From Alphaproteobacteria bacterium (GTDB lineage: Bacteria > Pseudomonadota > Alphaproteobacteria > UBA11136): a stretch of DNA of 64,000 nucleotides. Where the stretch lies: positions 17,793 to 81,792 of the forward strand of contig JASLYJ010000002.1 in the NCBI GenBank assembly GCA_030739855.1. The letters are read 5' to 3'. Below are positions 1 through 9,317 of this stretch, one piece after another. The notes below the pieces were generated by a model. The model was given only the letters and a program-made list of their open reading frames with translations. It was not told the origin of the DNA and did no database searches. A program made the position numbers and the translations under genes. Within the stretch, counting starts at the first letter, position 1. Every line of letters begins with the position of its first letter.

Positions 1-1782
1 CCCGGAGCCAATGCTGCCACGCAGACTGCCCCATCAAACCGGACTTCCCTGAGTTTTTCTAAGCTGGGCCACCTTTTCGACGGCCTCTGGACAAACGGCT
101 TGTGGCACGCCTCATCCAAACCGAAGGAATTTCTCAGCGCTTCCAACAACTGGGTGCTTTCAGGACGCCACACTAAAAGCGGCATACCCCTTCTCGCCAA
201 CGACCCTCATCTCTGGATGTCCATGCCAGGAGTCTGGTACTTGGCACGGCTGACCACGCCGGAGAGGGACCTTGCCGGAGCCACTGCGCCGGGCGTACCA
301 TTTACCGTCCTCGGCCATAATTCCCATATAGCCTGGGGCTTCACCACTACACACTCAGATACCCAGGATTTCTTCATCGAACGTCTCGACCCTGAAAAAC
401 CCGGCCTCTACCTCACCCCAGAAGGCCCCCGTTCCTTCCTCACACGCTATGAGACCATCTCCGTGCGCGGTGACCAGGACGAGGTTCTGGAACTGCGCGA
501 AACCCGCCATGGCCCTGTTATTTCAGACATCCTGGAAGACGCGGACATTGACCCCGGACATGTTCTGGCCTTGGCCGATCCGGCCCAGCGCAGCGACGAC
601 CTAACGGCGCAGGCCATTTACCATCTTAACATGGCCCGAAACTGGAGAGAATTCACGGCAGCCATAAAAGATTTTCATTCACCGCAGCAGAATATAGTTT
701 ACGCCGATGTGGCGGGGAATATTGGGTTTTACGCCCCGGGCCGCCTACCCCTGCGCAAAGACGGCGATGGCACCGCACCGGTGCCGGGCTGGAATGGTGA
801 TTTTGACTGGACCGGTTTCATTCCATTTGACCAACTTCCCCACGCCCTTAACCCGCCCTCGGGGCGCGCTGTCACCGCTAATCAGAAAATCGTTGAAGAC
901 GGGTACCCCCATCTTTTATCCGCCAAGTGGCGGGCGCCATACCGTGCGCGGCGCATCCACGAAAGACTTAGCGCTGAGGAGAAACACGACCTAGAGAGCA
1001 TGACCACTATCCAGCACGATTCCGTTTCCCTCATGGCCCGCGACATTCTTCCTCTGATGTTGTCCATAAAGGGAAACGATCCTGACAGCAGTAAAGCTCT
1101 AGCCTTACTGCAAGACTGGGATGCCGTCATGGACCGGAACCGGCCCGAGCCGCTTATTTTCTCGTCCTGGCTTGAGCATCTTCAGAAACGCATCGCTGCC
1201 GATGAACTGGGGGATCTCTATGATGATATCCACCGCATACGCCCCGGATTCCTGACCGCAGTGCTGGCCGGAAGAACCTTTTCCGGCCATGACTGGTGCG
1301 ATGATGGAAGAACAGTGGAGATGGAAACCTGTGCTTATCAGCTGATCCTCGCTCTAGGTGACGCCACAACGGCGTTGCGAAAAGCCTACGGTAACTGGAT
1401 TGAAACGTGGCGCTGGGGCGACGCCCACCGTCTGAGCTTCTCCAGTCCCCTACTTTCGCGGCTGCCACTTCTTGGGACTCTGGCGGCGACTATTGTGGAA
1501 ACCGACGGCGGCAACGAGACTGTCAACCGGGGGGCCTACAAAAGCAACGAGTCCGGCACAATATTCACCCATTTTCATGGGCCAGGTATGCGCGCTGTCT
1601 ATGACCTCTCGAAACTGGAAGACTCACTCTTCATGATCGCACCAGGACAGTCGGGGAATGTATATTCCCACTATTTTAATGACCTCGTGATCCCCTGGCG
1701 CGACGGCCATTATGTGATGTTTCCCAGCGCTACTAATATGACAGGGAAAACTGTCGCACGACTGTATCTTAAACCACATTAG
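1..1782 (+). CDS. Penicillin-acylase-family Ntn hydrolase (beta-lactam or acyl-homoserine-lactone acylase type); 5' end lies outside the window
   Basis: Frame 1 is open from base 1, so the TTG at 100 in the ORF track is not the true start. Contains the nucleophile junction motif S-N-N-W-V followed by A-N-D-P-H-L, typical of the penicillin G acylase family. Stop TAG at 1780-1782. Confidence 0.8.
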   Translation, partial: PGANAATQTAPSNRTSLSFSKLGHLFDGLWTNGLWHASSKPKEFLSASNNWVLSGRHTKSGIPLLANDPHLWMSMPGVWYLARLTTPERDLAGATAPGVPFTVLGHNSHIAWGFTTTHSDTQDFFIERLDPEKPGLYLTPEGPRSFLTRYETISVRGDQDEVLELRETRHGPVISDILEDADIDPGHVLALADPAQRSDDLTAQAIYHLNMARNWREFTAAIKDFHSPQQNIVYADVAGNIGFYAPGRLPLRKDGDGTAPVPGWNGDFDWTGFIPFDQLPHALNPPSGRAVTANQKIVEDGYPHLLSAKWRAPYRARRIHERLSAEEKHDLESMTTIQHDSVSLMARDILPLMLSIKGNDPDSSKALALLQDWDAVMDRNRPEPLIFSSWLEHLQKRIAADELGDLYDDIHRIRPGFLTAVLAGRTFSGHDWCDDGRTVEMETCAYQLILALGDATTALRKAYGNWIETWRWGDAHRLSFSSPLLSRLPLLGTLAATIVETDGGNETVNRGAYKSNESGTIFTHFHGPGMRAVYDLSKLEDSLFMIAPGQSGNVYSHYFNDLVIPWRDGHYVMFPSATNMTGKTVARLYLKPH

Positions 1783-1930
1783 TACCGTAAAACTCAGAGG
1801 ATTGATTTAAGAGGGCTGCATTATTATGGTGCCCGTTCCTTTATTCCGGTCGGCAAACATGACTCAATAATATCCGCAAGAATATGAGGCATCGCACACC
1901 CCGTCATCTGTCTGTGAAGAGGTAAAATTA

Positions 1931-3109
1931 ATGACTCGCAAACATCCAGGTCATTTCCACACATATATTCCCGGGCCCACCAATATTCCACCCCGGATTC
2001 TGAATGCCGCCCATGTCCCCACCGAGGATATGCGCAGCCCCGAGTTCCCCGAACTCACCAAGCCCCTATTCGAGGACTTGAAGAAGATTTTCAAAACCAA
2101 GGACGGCCAGGTGTTCATCTTTCCCAGTTCCGGCACTGGAGCCTGGGAATCGGCCATCACTAACACCTTGTCTCCGGACGAGAAGGTGCTGATCTACCGT
2201 TTCGGTCAGTTCAGCCTGCTTTGGGTGGATATGTTCGAGAGGCTTGGCCTGGACGTGGACGTACGCGATGTGGAGTGGGGCACCGGCACCCCGCCCGAGG
2301 ACGTGGAGGCCACACTCATGGCCGATACCAGCCACGAATACAAGGTTGTCTGTGTCACCCAGAACGAAACTGCCACCGGTGTTACCTCCGACGTGGCCGC
2401 GGTACGCAAAGCCATTGACGCCACCAATCATCCGGCCATGCTTTTCGTGGATGGTGTCAGCTCTATAGCCAGCATTGATTTCCGCATGGACGAATGGGGC
2501 GTGGACTGCGCTATTTCCGGCTCCCAGAAAGGTTTCATGCTACCCGCTGGCGTCGGTCTTGTCTGCGTCAGCCAGAAGGCCCTAAAGGCTCACGAGTCAG
2601 CCAAGTTGAAGCGCTGTTACTTCTCCTGGGAAGACATGATGAAGGTCAACAAGGATGGCTATTTTCCTTATACGCCGCCCACCCCCATGCTCCATGCCAT
2701 ACGTGCTTCTATTGACATGCTCATGGACGAGGGGCTTGAGAACGTGTTCGCCCGTCATCACCGTCTTGCCGAAGGTGTGCGCCGCGCCGTCAAGGACGGC
2801 TGGGGGCTTAAGCTCTGTGCAAAAGAGGAAAAGTGGGAATCTGACACCGTCAGCGCCATCCTCGTGCCAGAAAACAAGGACGCCAAGGAAGTGATTTCCA
2901 CTGCCTATAACAAATACCACCTTTCCCTGGGAGCTGGCCTGACCAAGGTAGCCGGCAAACTGTTCCGTATTGGCCATCTCGGCGACCTAAACGAACTAAT
3001 GCTGGCTAGCGCCATCGTTGGCGCAGAAATGGCTATGCTTGATAACGGGTTCGATATCAAGCCCGGAAGTGGTATCGCAGCGGCCAGTGAGTATTGGCGC
3101 AAAAACTAG
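1931..3109 (+). CDS. sgaA: Serine--glyoxylate (class V, AGXT-type) aminotransferase
   Basis: 392 aa. N-terminal I-P-G-P-T-N-I-P, S-S-G-T-G-A-W-E and the PLP-lysine block S-G-S-Q-K-G-F-M-L-P are characteristic of serine-glyoxylate / alanine-glyoxylate aminotransferases. Followed by hydroxypyruvate reductase and glycerate kinase genes. Confidence 0.8.
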   Translation: MTRKHPGHFHTYIPGPTNIPPRILNAAHVPTEDMRSPEFPELTKPLFEDLKKIFKTKDGQVFIFPSSGTGAWESAITNTLSPDEKVLIYRFGQFSLLWVDMFERLGLDVDVRDVEWGTGTPPEDVEATLMADTSHEYKVVCVTQNETATGVTSDVAAVRKAIDATNHPAMLFVDGVSSIASIDFRMDEWGVDCAISGSQKGFMLPAGVGLVCVSQKALKAHESAKLKRCYFSWEDMMKVNKDGYFPYTPPTPMLHAIRASIDMLMDEGLENVFARHHRLAEGVRRAVKDGWGLKLCAKEEKWESDTVSAILVPENKDAKEVISTAYNKYHLSLGAGLTKVAGKLFRIGHLGDLNELMLASAIVGAEMAMLDNGFDIKPGSGIAAASEYWRKN

Positions 3110-3121
3110 ATCGGAGGAGCG

Positions 3122-4096
3122 ATGAGTAAACCAAAGGTCATCGTCACCCGCCGCTGGCCAGAGGCCGTCGAGAAGAAGATCTCGGAGCTTTTCGACGCCA
3201 CCCTTAATACCGAGGACACACCCCTTTCCGTAGCCGATCTTCAGGACGCCATGAGGACAACCGATGCGGTCCTGTGCACTGTCACCGACAGGATGACGGC
3301 GGAAGTCCTCAGCGTTGACGGAAGACGAGCTAAAATACTCGGTAATTTTGGGGTCGGTTTTAACAATATTGACATTGAGGCAGCCAAAGCAGAAGGGCTG
3401 GTGGTCACTAACACACCGGAGGTCTTAACTGACTGCACTGCCGATATTGCCATGACACTGCTTCTTTCAGTGGCGCGCCGCACCGGTGAGGGTGAGCGCC
3501 ACCTGCGTGGCGGGGAGTGGACTGGCTGGCGCCCCACCCATATGATGGGAGCCAAGGTCACGGGTAAAAAACTGGGCATTATTGGCATGGGTCGCATCGC
3601 CCAAGCGGTGGCAAAAAAGGCCTACTCGGGCTTCGACATGAAAATTGCCTATTACGACCCCTATCTTCCAGACCCCGACTCCGTCAACAAGGCCTTTGAC
3701 GCCGAAAGCTGCGGTTCCATTGAGGCCGTGTTGGCGGATTCAGATTTTGTGTCTCTGCACTGTCCAGCTACGTTGGAGACCCGGCACCTGATGAACGCCG
3801 AGCGTTTCAAGGCCATGCAGCCTTATGCTTTTCTCATTAATACCGCACGCGGCGACGTGGTGGATGAGGCGGCGCTGGTGGCGGCCCTCAAGGCGGGCAC
3901 CATCGCCGGGGCTGGGCTTGACGTGTACGAACGCGAACCTGAAGTTACCAGGGAACTTCTAGAGATGGAAAACGTAGTGTTGCTGCCCCATCTCGGCAGC
4001 GCAGCACTAGAAACGCGAGAAGGTATGGGATTCAAAGTCGTTGCCAATGTAGAGGCTTTCTTTTCTGGAAAGGAGCCGCCGAACCGTGTTGCATAA
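3122..4096 (+). CDS. D-2-hydroxyacid dehydrogenase (hydroxypyruvate/glyoxylate reductase)
   Basis: 324 aa. NAD-binding G-I-I-G-M-G-R-I-A and catalytic region L-I-N-T-A-R-G...P-H-L-G-S-A. GGAGG Shine-Dalgarno in the 12-nt gap after the aminotransferase. Confidence 0.8.
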   Translation: MSKPKVIVTRRWPEAVEKKISELFDATLNTEDTPLSVADLQDAMRTTDAVLCTVTDRMTAEVLSVDGRRAKILGNFGVGFNNIDIEAAKAEGLVVTNTPEVLTDCTADIAMTLLLSVARRTGEGERHLRGGEWTGWRPTHMMGAKVTGKKLGIIGMGRIAQAVAKKAYSGFDMKIAYYDPYLPDPDSVNKAFDAESCGSIEAVLADSDFVSLHCPATLETRHLMNAERFKAMQPYAFLINTARGDVVDEAALVAALKAGTIAGAGLDVYEREPEVTRELLEMENVVLLPHLGSAALETREGMGFKVVANVEAFFSGKEPPNRVA

Positions 4097-4145
4097 CAAC
4101 CAAAAACCGCGCTGCATAAGGTAAAAATCCCCCTCACCCACCCCC

Positions 4146-5522
4146 ATGGAGTTTCCCATGGTTTCACAGATCTATGCTGCGTCCCTGCGCCAGATAGCGG
4201 AATCCCTCTTCCGCGCAGGCATCGAGGCCGCCGATCCCGGCAAAGCCGTCACCCGCGTGCTGCAGATCCGCGATGGTCAACTCCATATTCTTGGTGACGA
4301 CGGCGATCCCGCTAATTCGCGCAGCGCCCCGTGGCGGCGGATTTTTGTGGTCGCCTTCGGTAAGGCTGCTCTGGCCATGGCCGAAGCCACGCGGGACGCT
4401 CTACCGACAAACTTGTTCCACGGCCCCGGTGTGGCAGTCACCAATTACGCAAACGCCCGCAATGCTGACGGCTTCACCGTCATTGCCGCCGGCCATCCCC
4501 TGCCAGACACTAATGGCGTGAAGGGCGCGCAGGTGATTGTTGAAACCATCGGTAGCGCTGGGGAAAACGATCTGGTACTGGTGCTCATCAGCGGCGGCGG
4601 ATCGGCGCTCATTCCCTACCCCGCCCCCGGGCTGGTCTTGGAAGACAAGATCGCCACCACCAACCTGCTGCTGAGGAACGGCGCAAATATCGGCGCCATG
4701 AATACGGTACGCAAGCATCTCTCGGGGATTAAGGGCGGTGGTTTAACCCGTTTCACCGTGCCCGCCGATCTCCACGCCTTGATCCTTTCCGACGTGCTGG
4801 GCGATGACCTCAGCACCATCGCCAGCGGCCCTACCGTTCCCGACGCCACCACCTTCGCCGATGCCAAGCGAATCCTGGAGACCATCGATGCTTGGGATAA
4901 GGCTCCAGAAGCCGTTCGTTCTTACATAGAAAAGGGCGTGACCGGCGAAGTACAGGAAACGCCTAAGCCCAGCGACCCCCTGTTCGCTACCACCGCCAGC
5001 ACCCTGGTGGGCAGTAACGGTGTCAGCTTGGCGGCGCTTTCTGAAGCTGCGTATAGTGCAGGATGCGAGGTGCAGCTGTGGGATTCGCACCTCACTGGCG
5101 AGGCTCGTGAGGAAGCCAAAAAATGGGCCACCGCTGCCCTGACTGTCCACCGCGAAACCCCAGACATACCCTTGGCTATGGTGGCCGGCGGCGAGACCAC
5201 AGTAACATTGAAAGGCGCGGGTCAGGGCGGCCGCAACCAGGAGATGGCCCTAGCTTTCGCGCTGGCCGCCGAGAAGACCGGACTTTCTGGTGACTGGGTT
5301 TTCTTAAGCGGTGGCACCGACGGCCACGACGGACCCACTGACGCTGCCGGCGGCGTGATGGATAGGGAAAGTTGCGTACGCATGCGTGAGGCTGGTGTGG
5401 ACCCACAAGCTTTCCTCGTCGACAATAATTCCCATGCGGCGCTGGAGGCCTCCGGCGACCTTCTTGTAACCGGCGCTACCGGTACTAATGTGGCCGACCT
5501 CCAGGTTTTTCTGCTCTCCTGA
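4146..5522 (+). CDS. Glycerate 2-kinase (MOFRL / TtuD-type)
   Basis: 458 aa. C-terminal G-G-E-T-T-V-T-L-K-G-x-G-x-G-G-R-N-Q-E and G-G-T-D-G-x-D-G-P-T-D-A-A-G blocks typical of MOFRL glycerate 2-kinases. An alternative ATG lies at 4158. Confidence 0.8.
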   Translation: MEFPMVSQIYAASLRQIAESLFRAGIEAADPGKAVTRVLQIRDGQLHILGDDGDPANSRSAPWRRIFVVAFGKAALAMAEATRDALPTNLFHGPGVAVTNYANARNADGFTVIAAGHPLPDTNGVKGAQVIVETIGSAGENDLVLVLISGGGSALIPYPAPGLVLEDKIATTNLLLRNGANIGAMNTVRKHLSGIKGGGLTRFTVPADLHALILSDVLGDDLSTIASGPTVPDATTFADAKRILETIDAWDKAPEAVRSYIEKGVTGEVQETPKPSDPLFATTASTLVGSNGVSLAALSEAAYSAGCEVQLWDSHLTGEAREEAKKWATAALTVHRETPDIPLAMVAGGETTVTLKGAGQGGRNQEMALAFALAAEKTGLSGDWVFLSGGTDGHDGPTDAAGGVMDRESCVRMREAGVDPQAFLVDNNSHAALEASGDLLVTGATGTNVADLQVFLLS

Positions 5523-5618
5523 AACCCTATGGCCAGGGTTCAATTGTGGAACTCTTAAGGCCGAATTTCGTATAATAAAAAGAGAAACCCCCTACATACT
5601 GATTGCCCATTTCTTCCC

Positions 5619-6155
5619 ATGAACAATCTTTCTTCCCCTGTCACTACCACCAGAGAGCCCAAGACGGACTCGCGCTGGCACGGCTTACCGCCGGACCCGC
5701 TCGCCGAGCTACATCTCTACCAAGGCGTTATGTGGCGGCGTATCCTCGCTTATATGACCGACGCGATGATAATCGCTGTGATCTTAGTACCCACCTGGAT
5801 GATGGCCGCCGCCGGGGGGCTTGCTACTTTGGGCCTACTCTGGCCGCTGCTTTGGGTGCTCGCCGCCTGCATTCCCTTCGCCTACCACACCTTTCTTATC
5901 GGCGGCACAAGGTCCGCCACCTGGGGTATGCGCCTGTTTGACATCGAGGTGCGGGATTGGGGGGGCGGACGTCCCAACCTGTTGCAAGCCGCAGCCATGA
6001 CCGCCATTTTTTACATCTCCATGGTCACCTTCTGGCTGGTTCTGGTCATCGCGCTCTTCAACAACTATCATCGAACTTTGCATGACTTCGCCACCCATCT
6101 TGTGGTGGTGCGTAATCTTCCCCGTACCGCCGCTCCCTCGGAACTTATGCCATGA
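5619..6155 (+). CDS. RDD-family integral membrane protein
   Basis: 178 aa with hydrophobic helices. R-R-I-L-A-Y-M-T-D and G-M-R-L-F-D-I-E-V-R-D resemble the RDD domain signature. Confidence 0.55.
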   Translation: MNNLSSPVTTTREPKTDSRWHGLPPDPLAELHLYQGVMWRRILAYMTDAMIIAVILVPTWMMAAAGGLATLGLLWPLLWVLAACIPFAYHTFLIGGTRSATWGMRLFDIEVRDWGGGRPNLLQAAAMTAIFYISMVTFWLVLVIALFNNYHRTLHDFATHLVVVRNLPRTAAPSELMP

Positions 6156-6199
6156 GGAGGCAGCATCAAAAGACGGCTACGTGAGAATAGGTTGCCCAT

Positions 6200-6943
6200 A
6201 TGACTCGGTTCCCCATAGACCCGTCACAGCCCTTCTACCTCACCTTTCCTCTGCCCTGTTCCTATCTCGATGGACGCATGGAGCAGCGCGTTTTCACTGT
6301 TCTTACGGGGCTTACGGGCGGAAAATCGGCCTCCTTGTTCGACTTTCTCTCACACGCTGGATTTCGCCGCAGCCTTGATACGGTTTACCAGCCTAGCTGC
6401 CCCGGATGCGACGCTTGCGTGTCGGTGCGCATTCTCACCCACGGGTTCAGACCCAGCCGGACTTTCCGTCGTGTGCTCCGGGCCAATCGCGACATCACCG
6501 CAGAACTGCTTCCGGCTCGTGCCACCAAGGAACAGTATGATCTCTTTTCCCGCTACCTAAGATCCCGCCACTGCGACGGTGAAATGGCTAATATGAGCTG
6601 GGAGGAATACCTCTTTTTCGCCGAAGACATATTCACAGAGACCTTCATTGCCGAATTCCGGAACAAGGGCGAGCTTGTGGCCGCCTGTATCGTGGACCAA
6701 CTAAGCGACGGCCTGTCCGCCGTCTACAGCTTCTTCGACCCGGACGAGGAAAAGCGCGGGCTAGGCAATTTCATACTGCTGTGGCTGGTGGAAAAGGCTC
6801 AGAAGATGGGGCTTGCCCACGTCTATCCAGGCTACTGGATCGCCGACTGCCGGAAGATGTCTTACAAGACCCGGTTCCAGCCCCTGGAGCGCTTTACCCG
6901 TACCGGCTGGCGGCCTTTTCCCGGAGAAGAAGTCGCGTCGTGA
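6200..6943 (+). CDS. bpt: Arginyl/leucyl-tRNA--protein transferase of the N-degron pathway (Bpt / ATE family)
   Basis: 247 aa. C-P-G-C-D-A-C-V-S-V-R-I cysteine block and S-A-V-Y-S-F-F-D-P, Y-P-G-Y-W-I motifs of bacterial Bpt/arginyltransferases. Confidence 0.8.
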   Translation: MTRFPIDPSQPFYLTFPLPCSYLDGRMEQRVFTVLTGLTGGKSASLFDFLSHAGFRRSLDTVYQPSCPGCDACVSVRILTHGFRPSRTFRRVLRANRDITAELLPARATKEQYDLFSRYLRSRHCDGEMANMSWEEYLFFAEDIFTETFIAEFRNKGELVAACIVDQLSDGLSAVYSFFDPDEEKRGLGNFILLWLVEKAQKMGLAHVYPGYWIADCRKMSYKTRFQPLERFTRTGWRPFPGEEVAS

Positions 6944-7143
6944 CCGCTGCCAACCTCCTCTCTGTGCTCTCCACTTTGTGGCGCGGCCTGCGCCGAGCCA
7001 CCGGAGACGATGCCTACGATCGCTATCTGGAACACTGGCGGGTTGAACATACGGTCGGAAGCGACGAAGAGCCCATGGACATAAAGACCTTCTACCGCAC
7101 CCATCAGGAGGCGCAATGGCAAGACGTGCGCCGTTGCTGTTAG
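6940..7143 (+). CDS. YbdD/YjiX (DUF466) small protein, CstA-associated family
   Basis: 67 aa from GTG at 6940, which overlaps the bpt stop (GTGA). D-Y-D-R-Y-L-E-H-W-R...F-Y-R...Q and a C-terminal R-R-C-C match the YbdD/YjiX pattern. The 120-aa ORF-track version (6781) would overlap bpt by 160 nt. Confidence 0.65.
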   Translation: MTAANLLSVLSTLWRGLRRATGDDAYDRYLEHWRVEHTVGSDEEPMDIKTFYRTHQEAQWQDVRRCC

Positions 7144-9251
7144 CCCCCATGCCCGTTCGCCAGAGAACCCCCCTGCTAAAAACTGCCCTCTGGGTGACTG
7201 TAGCCGTTCTCGGCGCGGTAGCGCTGGGTAGCGTCGCACTCCATCGCGGCGAGACTATCAACAGCGCCTGGCTAGTGGTTGCCGCGATCTGCGTTTACGC
7301 TCTAGGCTACCGCTTCTATTCCGCCTTCATCGCGGCTAAAGTTCTGTCCCTCGACGCCAGCCGCGCCACCCCGGCGGAAAGGTTGGATAATGGCCGCGAC
7401 TTCGTGCCTACCAACAAGTGGATTGTCTTCGGCCACCATTTCGCCGCCATTTCTGGCCCCGGCCCACTCATCGGCCCTACTCTAGCAGCCCAGTTCGGCT
7501 ACCTTCCAGGCACCCTGTGGATTCTGGTGGGAGCGGTATTAGGCGGCTGCGTCCAGGATTTCGTCATCCTTGCCTGTTCCCTGCGCCGCAACGGGCGCTC
7601 CCTAGGCCAAATGGCCCGTGACGAGCTTGGTCCCGTGAGCGGCGCCACGGCTTTGATTGGCGTCATGATGATCATGATTATTCTTATCGCAGTGCTGGGC
7701 CTGGTGGTGGTGAAAGCCCTAGCCCACAGTCCCTGGGGCACCTTTACCGTAGGCATGACCATCCCCATCGCGCTGCTTATGGGTTTCTACATGCGCCATA
7801 TCCGCCCCGGCCGAGTTCTGGAAATGAGCCTCATCGGCGTGGTGCTACTCATCCTCTGTGTACTCCTTGGAGGCTACGTGAACCACCATCCCAGCCTCCA
7901 TACTGCCTTCGACCTGGGGCCGAAGGCACTGGCCTGGATTGTCATCGTCTACGGCTTCGCCGCGGCTACCTTGCCAGTGTGGATGCTGCTGGCACCACGG
8001 GACTATCTCTCCACCTTCATGAAGCTGGGCACTATCTTCCTACTGGCTATTGCCATCATCTTACTACGACCCGAGATCCAGATGCCCGCTGTCACCCCCT
8101 TTATAGACGGCACAGGCCCTATTTTCGGTGGTAAGCTATTCCCCTTCGTCTTCATCACCATCGCTTGTGGCGCCATTTCCGGATTCCATTCCCTCATCTC
8201 CAGCGGCACCACGCCTAAGCTCCTCACTCGCGAACCCGACGCTCGCATGATCGGCTATGGTGCCATGATGCTGGAATCATTCGTCGCCATCATGGCCATG
8301 ATTGCTGCCTGCGTCATGGAACCTGGCATCTTCTTCGCCATTAATAGCCCTGCTGGAGTGGTGGGGGCCTTGCCTGCTGAGACGGTGGCCACCATCTCCT
8401 CCTGGGGCTTCCCGGTTTCGGTGGAAATGATGGACGGCCTAGCCCACGAGGTGGGAGAAATCACCCTGTTTCACCGCACCGGCGGCGCGCCATCATTGGC
8501 AATCGGTATGGCCACGCTGTTTTCAGGGTTGTTCGGCGACACCTTCATTTCGGTCTGGTACCACTTCGCCATCATGTTTGAGGCCCTCTTCATCCTCACC
8601 ACTCTGGACGCGGGCACAAGGGTGGGCCGTTTCATGCTCCAAGACCTTTTGGGAAACGTGGTTCCGGCACTCGGCCGCACAAGCTGGTATCCCGGCGTTT
8701 TTCTAACCAGCGCCCTAGTAGTGGGGAGCTGGGGGTATTTCCTGTGGACCGGGGTCACTGATCCCCTTGGCGGCATCAACAGCCTGTGGCCTCTCTTCGG
8801 TATTTCCAACCAGATGCTGGCAGCCATCGCGCTTTGTGTCGCCACCACTATCATTATTAAATCAGGCCGTGCACGCTACGCCTGGGTTACGGCATTTCCG
8901 CTGGCCTGGCTCCTCACTGTCACCAGCGCCGCGGCTTGGGAGAAGCTTTTCAGCAACGAATTCCGCATTGGCTTCCTCGCCAAGGCGCGGATTCTTGGTG
9001 ACCAACTGACCGCCGGAACCCTGTCGCCGGAGATGATGGAAAAGGCTCCGCAATTGATCTTCAATGCTAACCTTAACGCAGCCCTAACTTTCTTCTTTCT
9101 CGTGGTGATCTGGATCATGGCGACAGACACGGCCCGCATCTGCTACCGCGTACTCACCGGTCGCCCTACCCTGCCGTCGAGTGAGACCCCTTTTGAACCC
9201 ACTAGACCTTCTCCAGACCTCGCCACCATTCCAGAGCCAACACAGATGTAA
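7116..9251 (+). CDS. cstA: Carbon starvation protein A (CstA-family peptide/pyruvate transporter)
   Basis: 711 aa polytopic membrane protein with the typical CstA N-terminus (A-L-G-Y-R-F-Y-S...F-G-H-H-F-A-A-I-S-G-P-G-P-L-I-G-P). AGGAGG at 7106-7111 supports the ATG at 7116, which overlaps the ybdD-like gene by 28 nt. An alternative ATG lies at 7149. Confidence 0.9.
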   Translation: MARRAPLLLAPMPVRQRTPLLKTALWVTVAVLGAVALGSVALHRGETINSAWLVVAAICVYALGYRFYSAFIAAKVLSLDASRATPAERLDNGRDFVPTNKWIVFGHHFAAISGPGPLIGPTLAAQFGYLPGTLWILVGAVLGGCVQDFVILACSLRRNGRSLGQMARDELGPVSGATALIGVMMIMIILIAVLGLVVVKALAHSPWGTFTVGMTIPIALLMGFYMRHIRPGRVLEMSLIGVVLLILCVLLGGYVNHHPSLHTAFDLGPKALAWIVIVYGFAAATLPVWMLLAPRDYLSTFMKLGTIFLLAIAIILLRPEIQMPAVTPFIDGTGPIFGGKLFPFVFITIACGAISGFHSLISSGTTPKLLTREPDARMIGYGAMMLESFVAIMAMIAACVMEPGIFFAINSPAGVVGALPAETVATISSWGFPVSVEMMDGLAHEVGEITLFHRTGGAPSLAIGMATLFSGLFGDTFISVWYHFAIMFEALFILTTLDAGTRVGRFMLQDLLGNVVPALGRTSWYPGVFLTSALVVGSWGYFLWTGVTDPLGGINSLWPLFGISNQMLAAIALCVATTIIIKSGRARYAWVTAFPLAWLLTVTSAAAWEKLFSNEFRIGFLAKARILGDQLTAGTLSPEMMEKAPQLIFNANLNAALTFFFLVVIWIMATDTARICYRVLTGRPTLPSSETPFEPTRPSPDLATIPEPTQM

Positions 9252-9317
9252 GGGTGATGAATGACAGTGGTAAGGTGTTCCAAAAACTCGTGGATAACTC
9301 TAGGAAAATCTAAAAAA

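Noticed and set aside
6761-7261. 166-aa minus-strand ORF spanning the bpt / ybdD-like / cstA junction
   Set aside because: It overlaps three well-supported plus-strand genes. The sequence is Arg/Pro/Gly-rich with no motifs, so it is likely a frame artefact.
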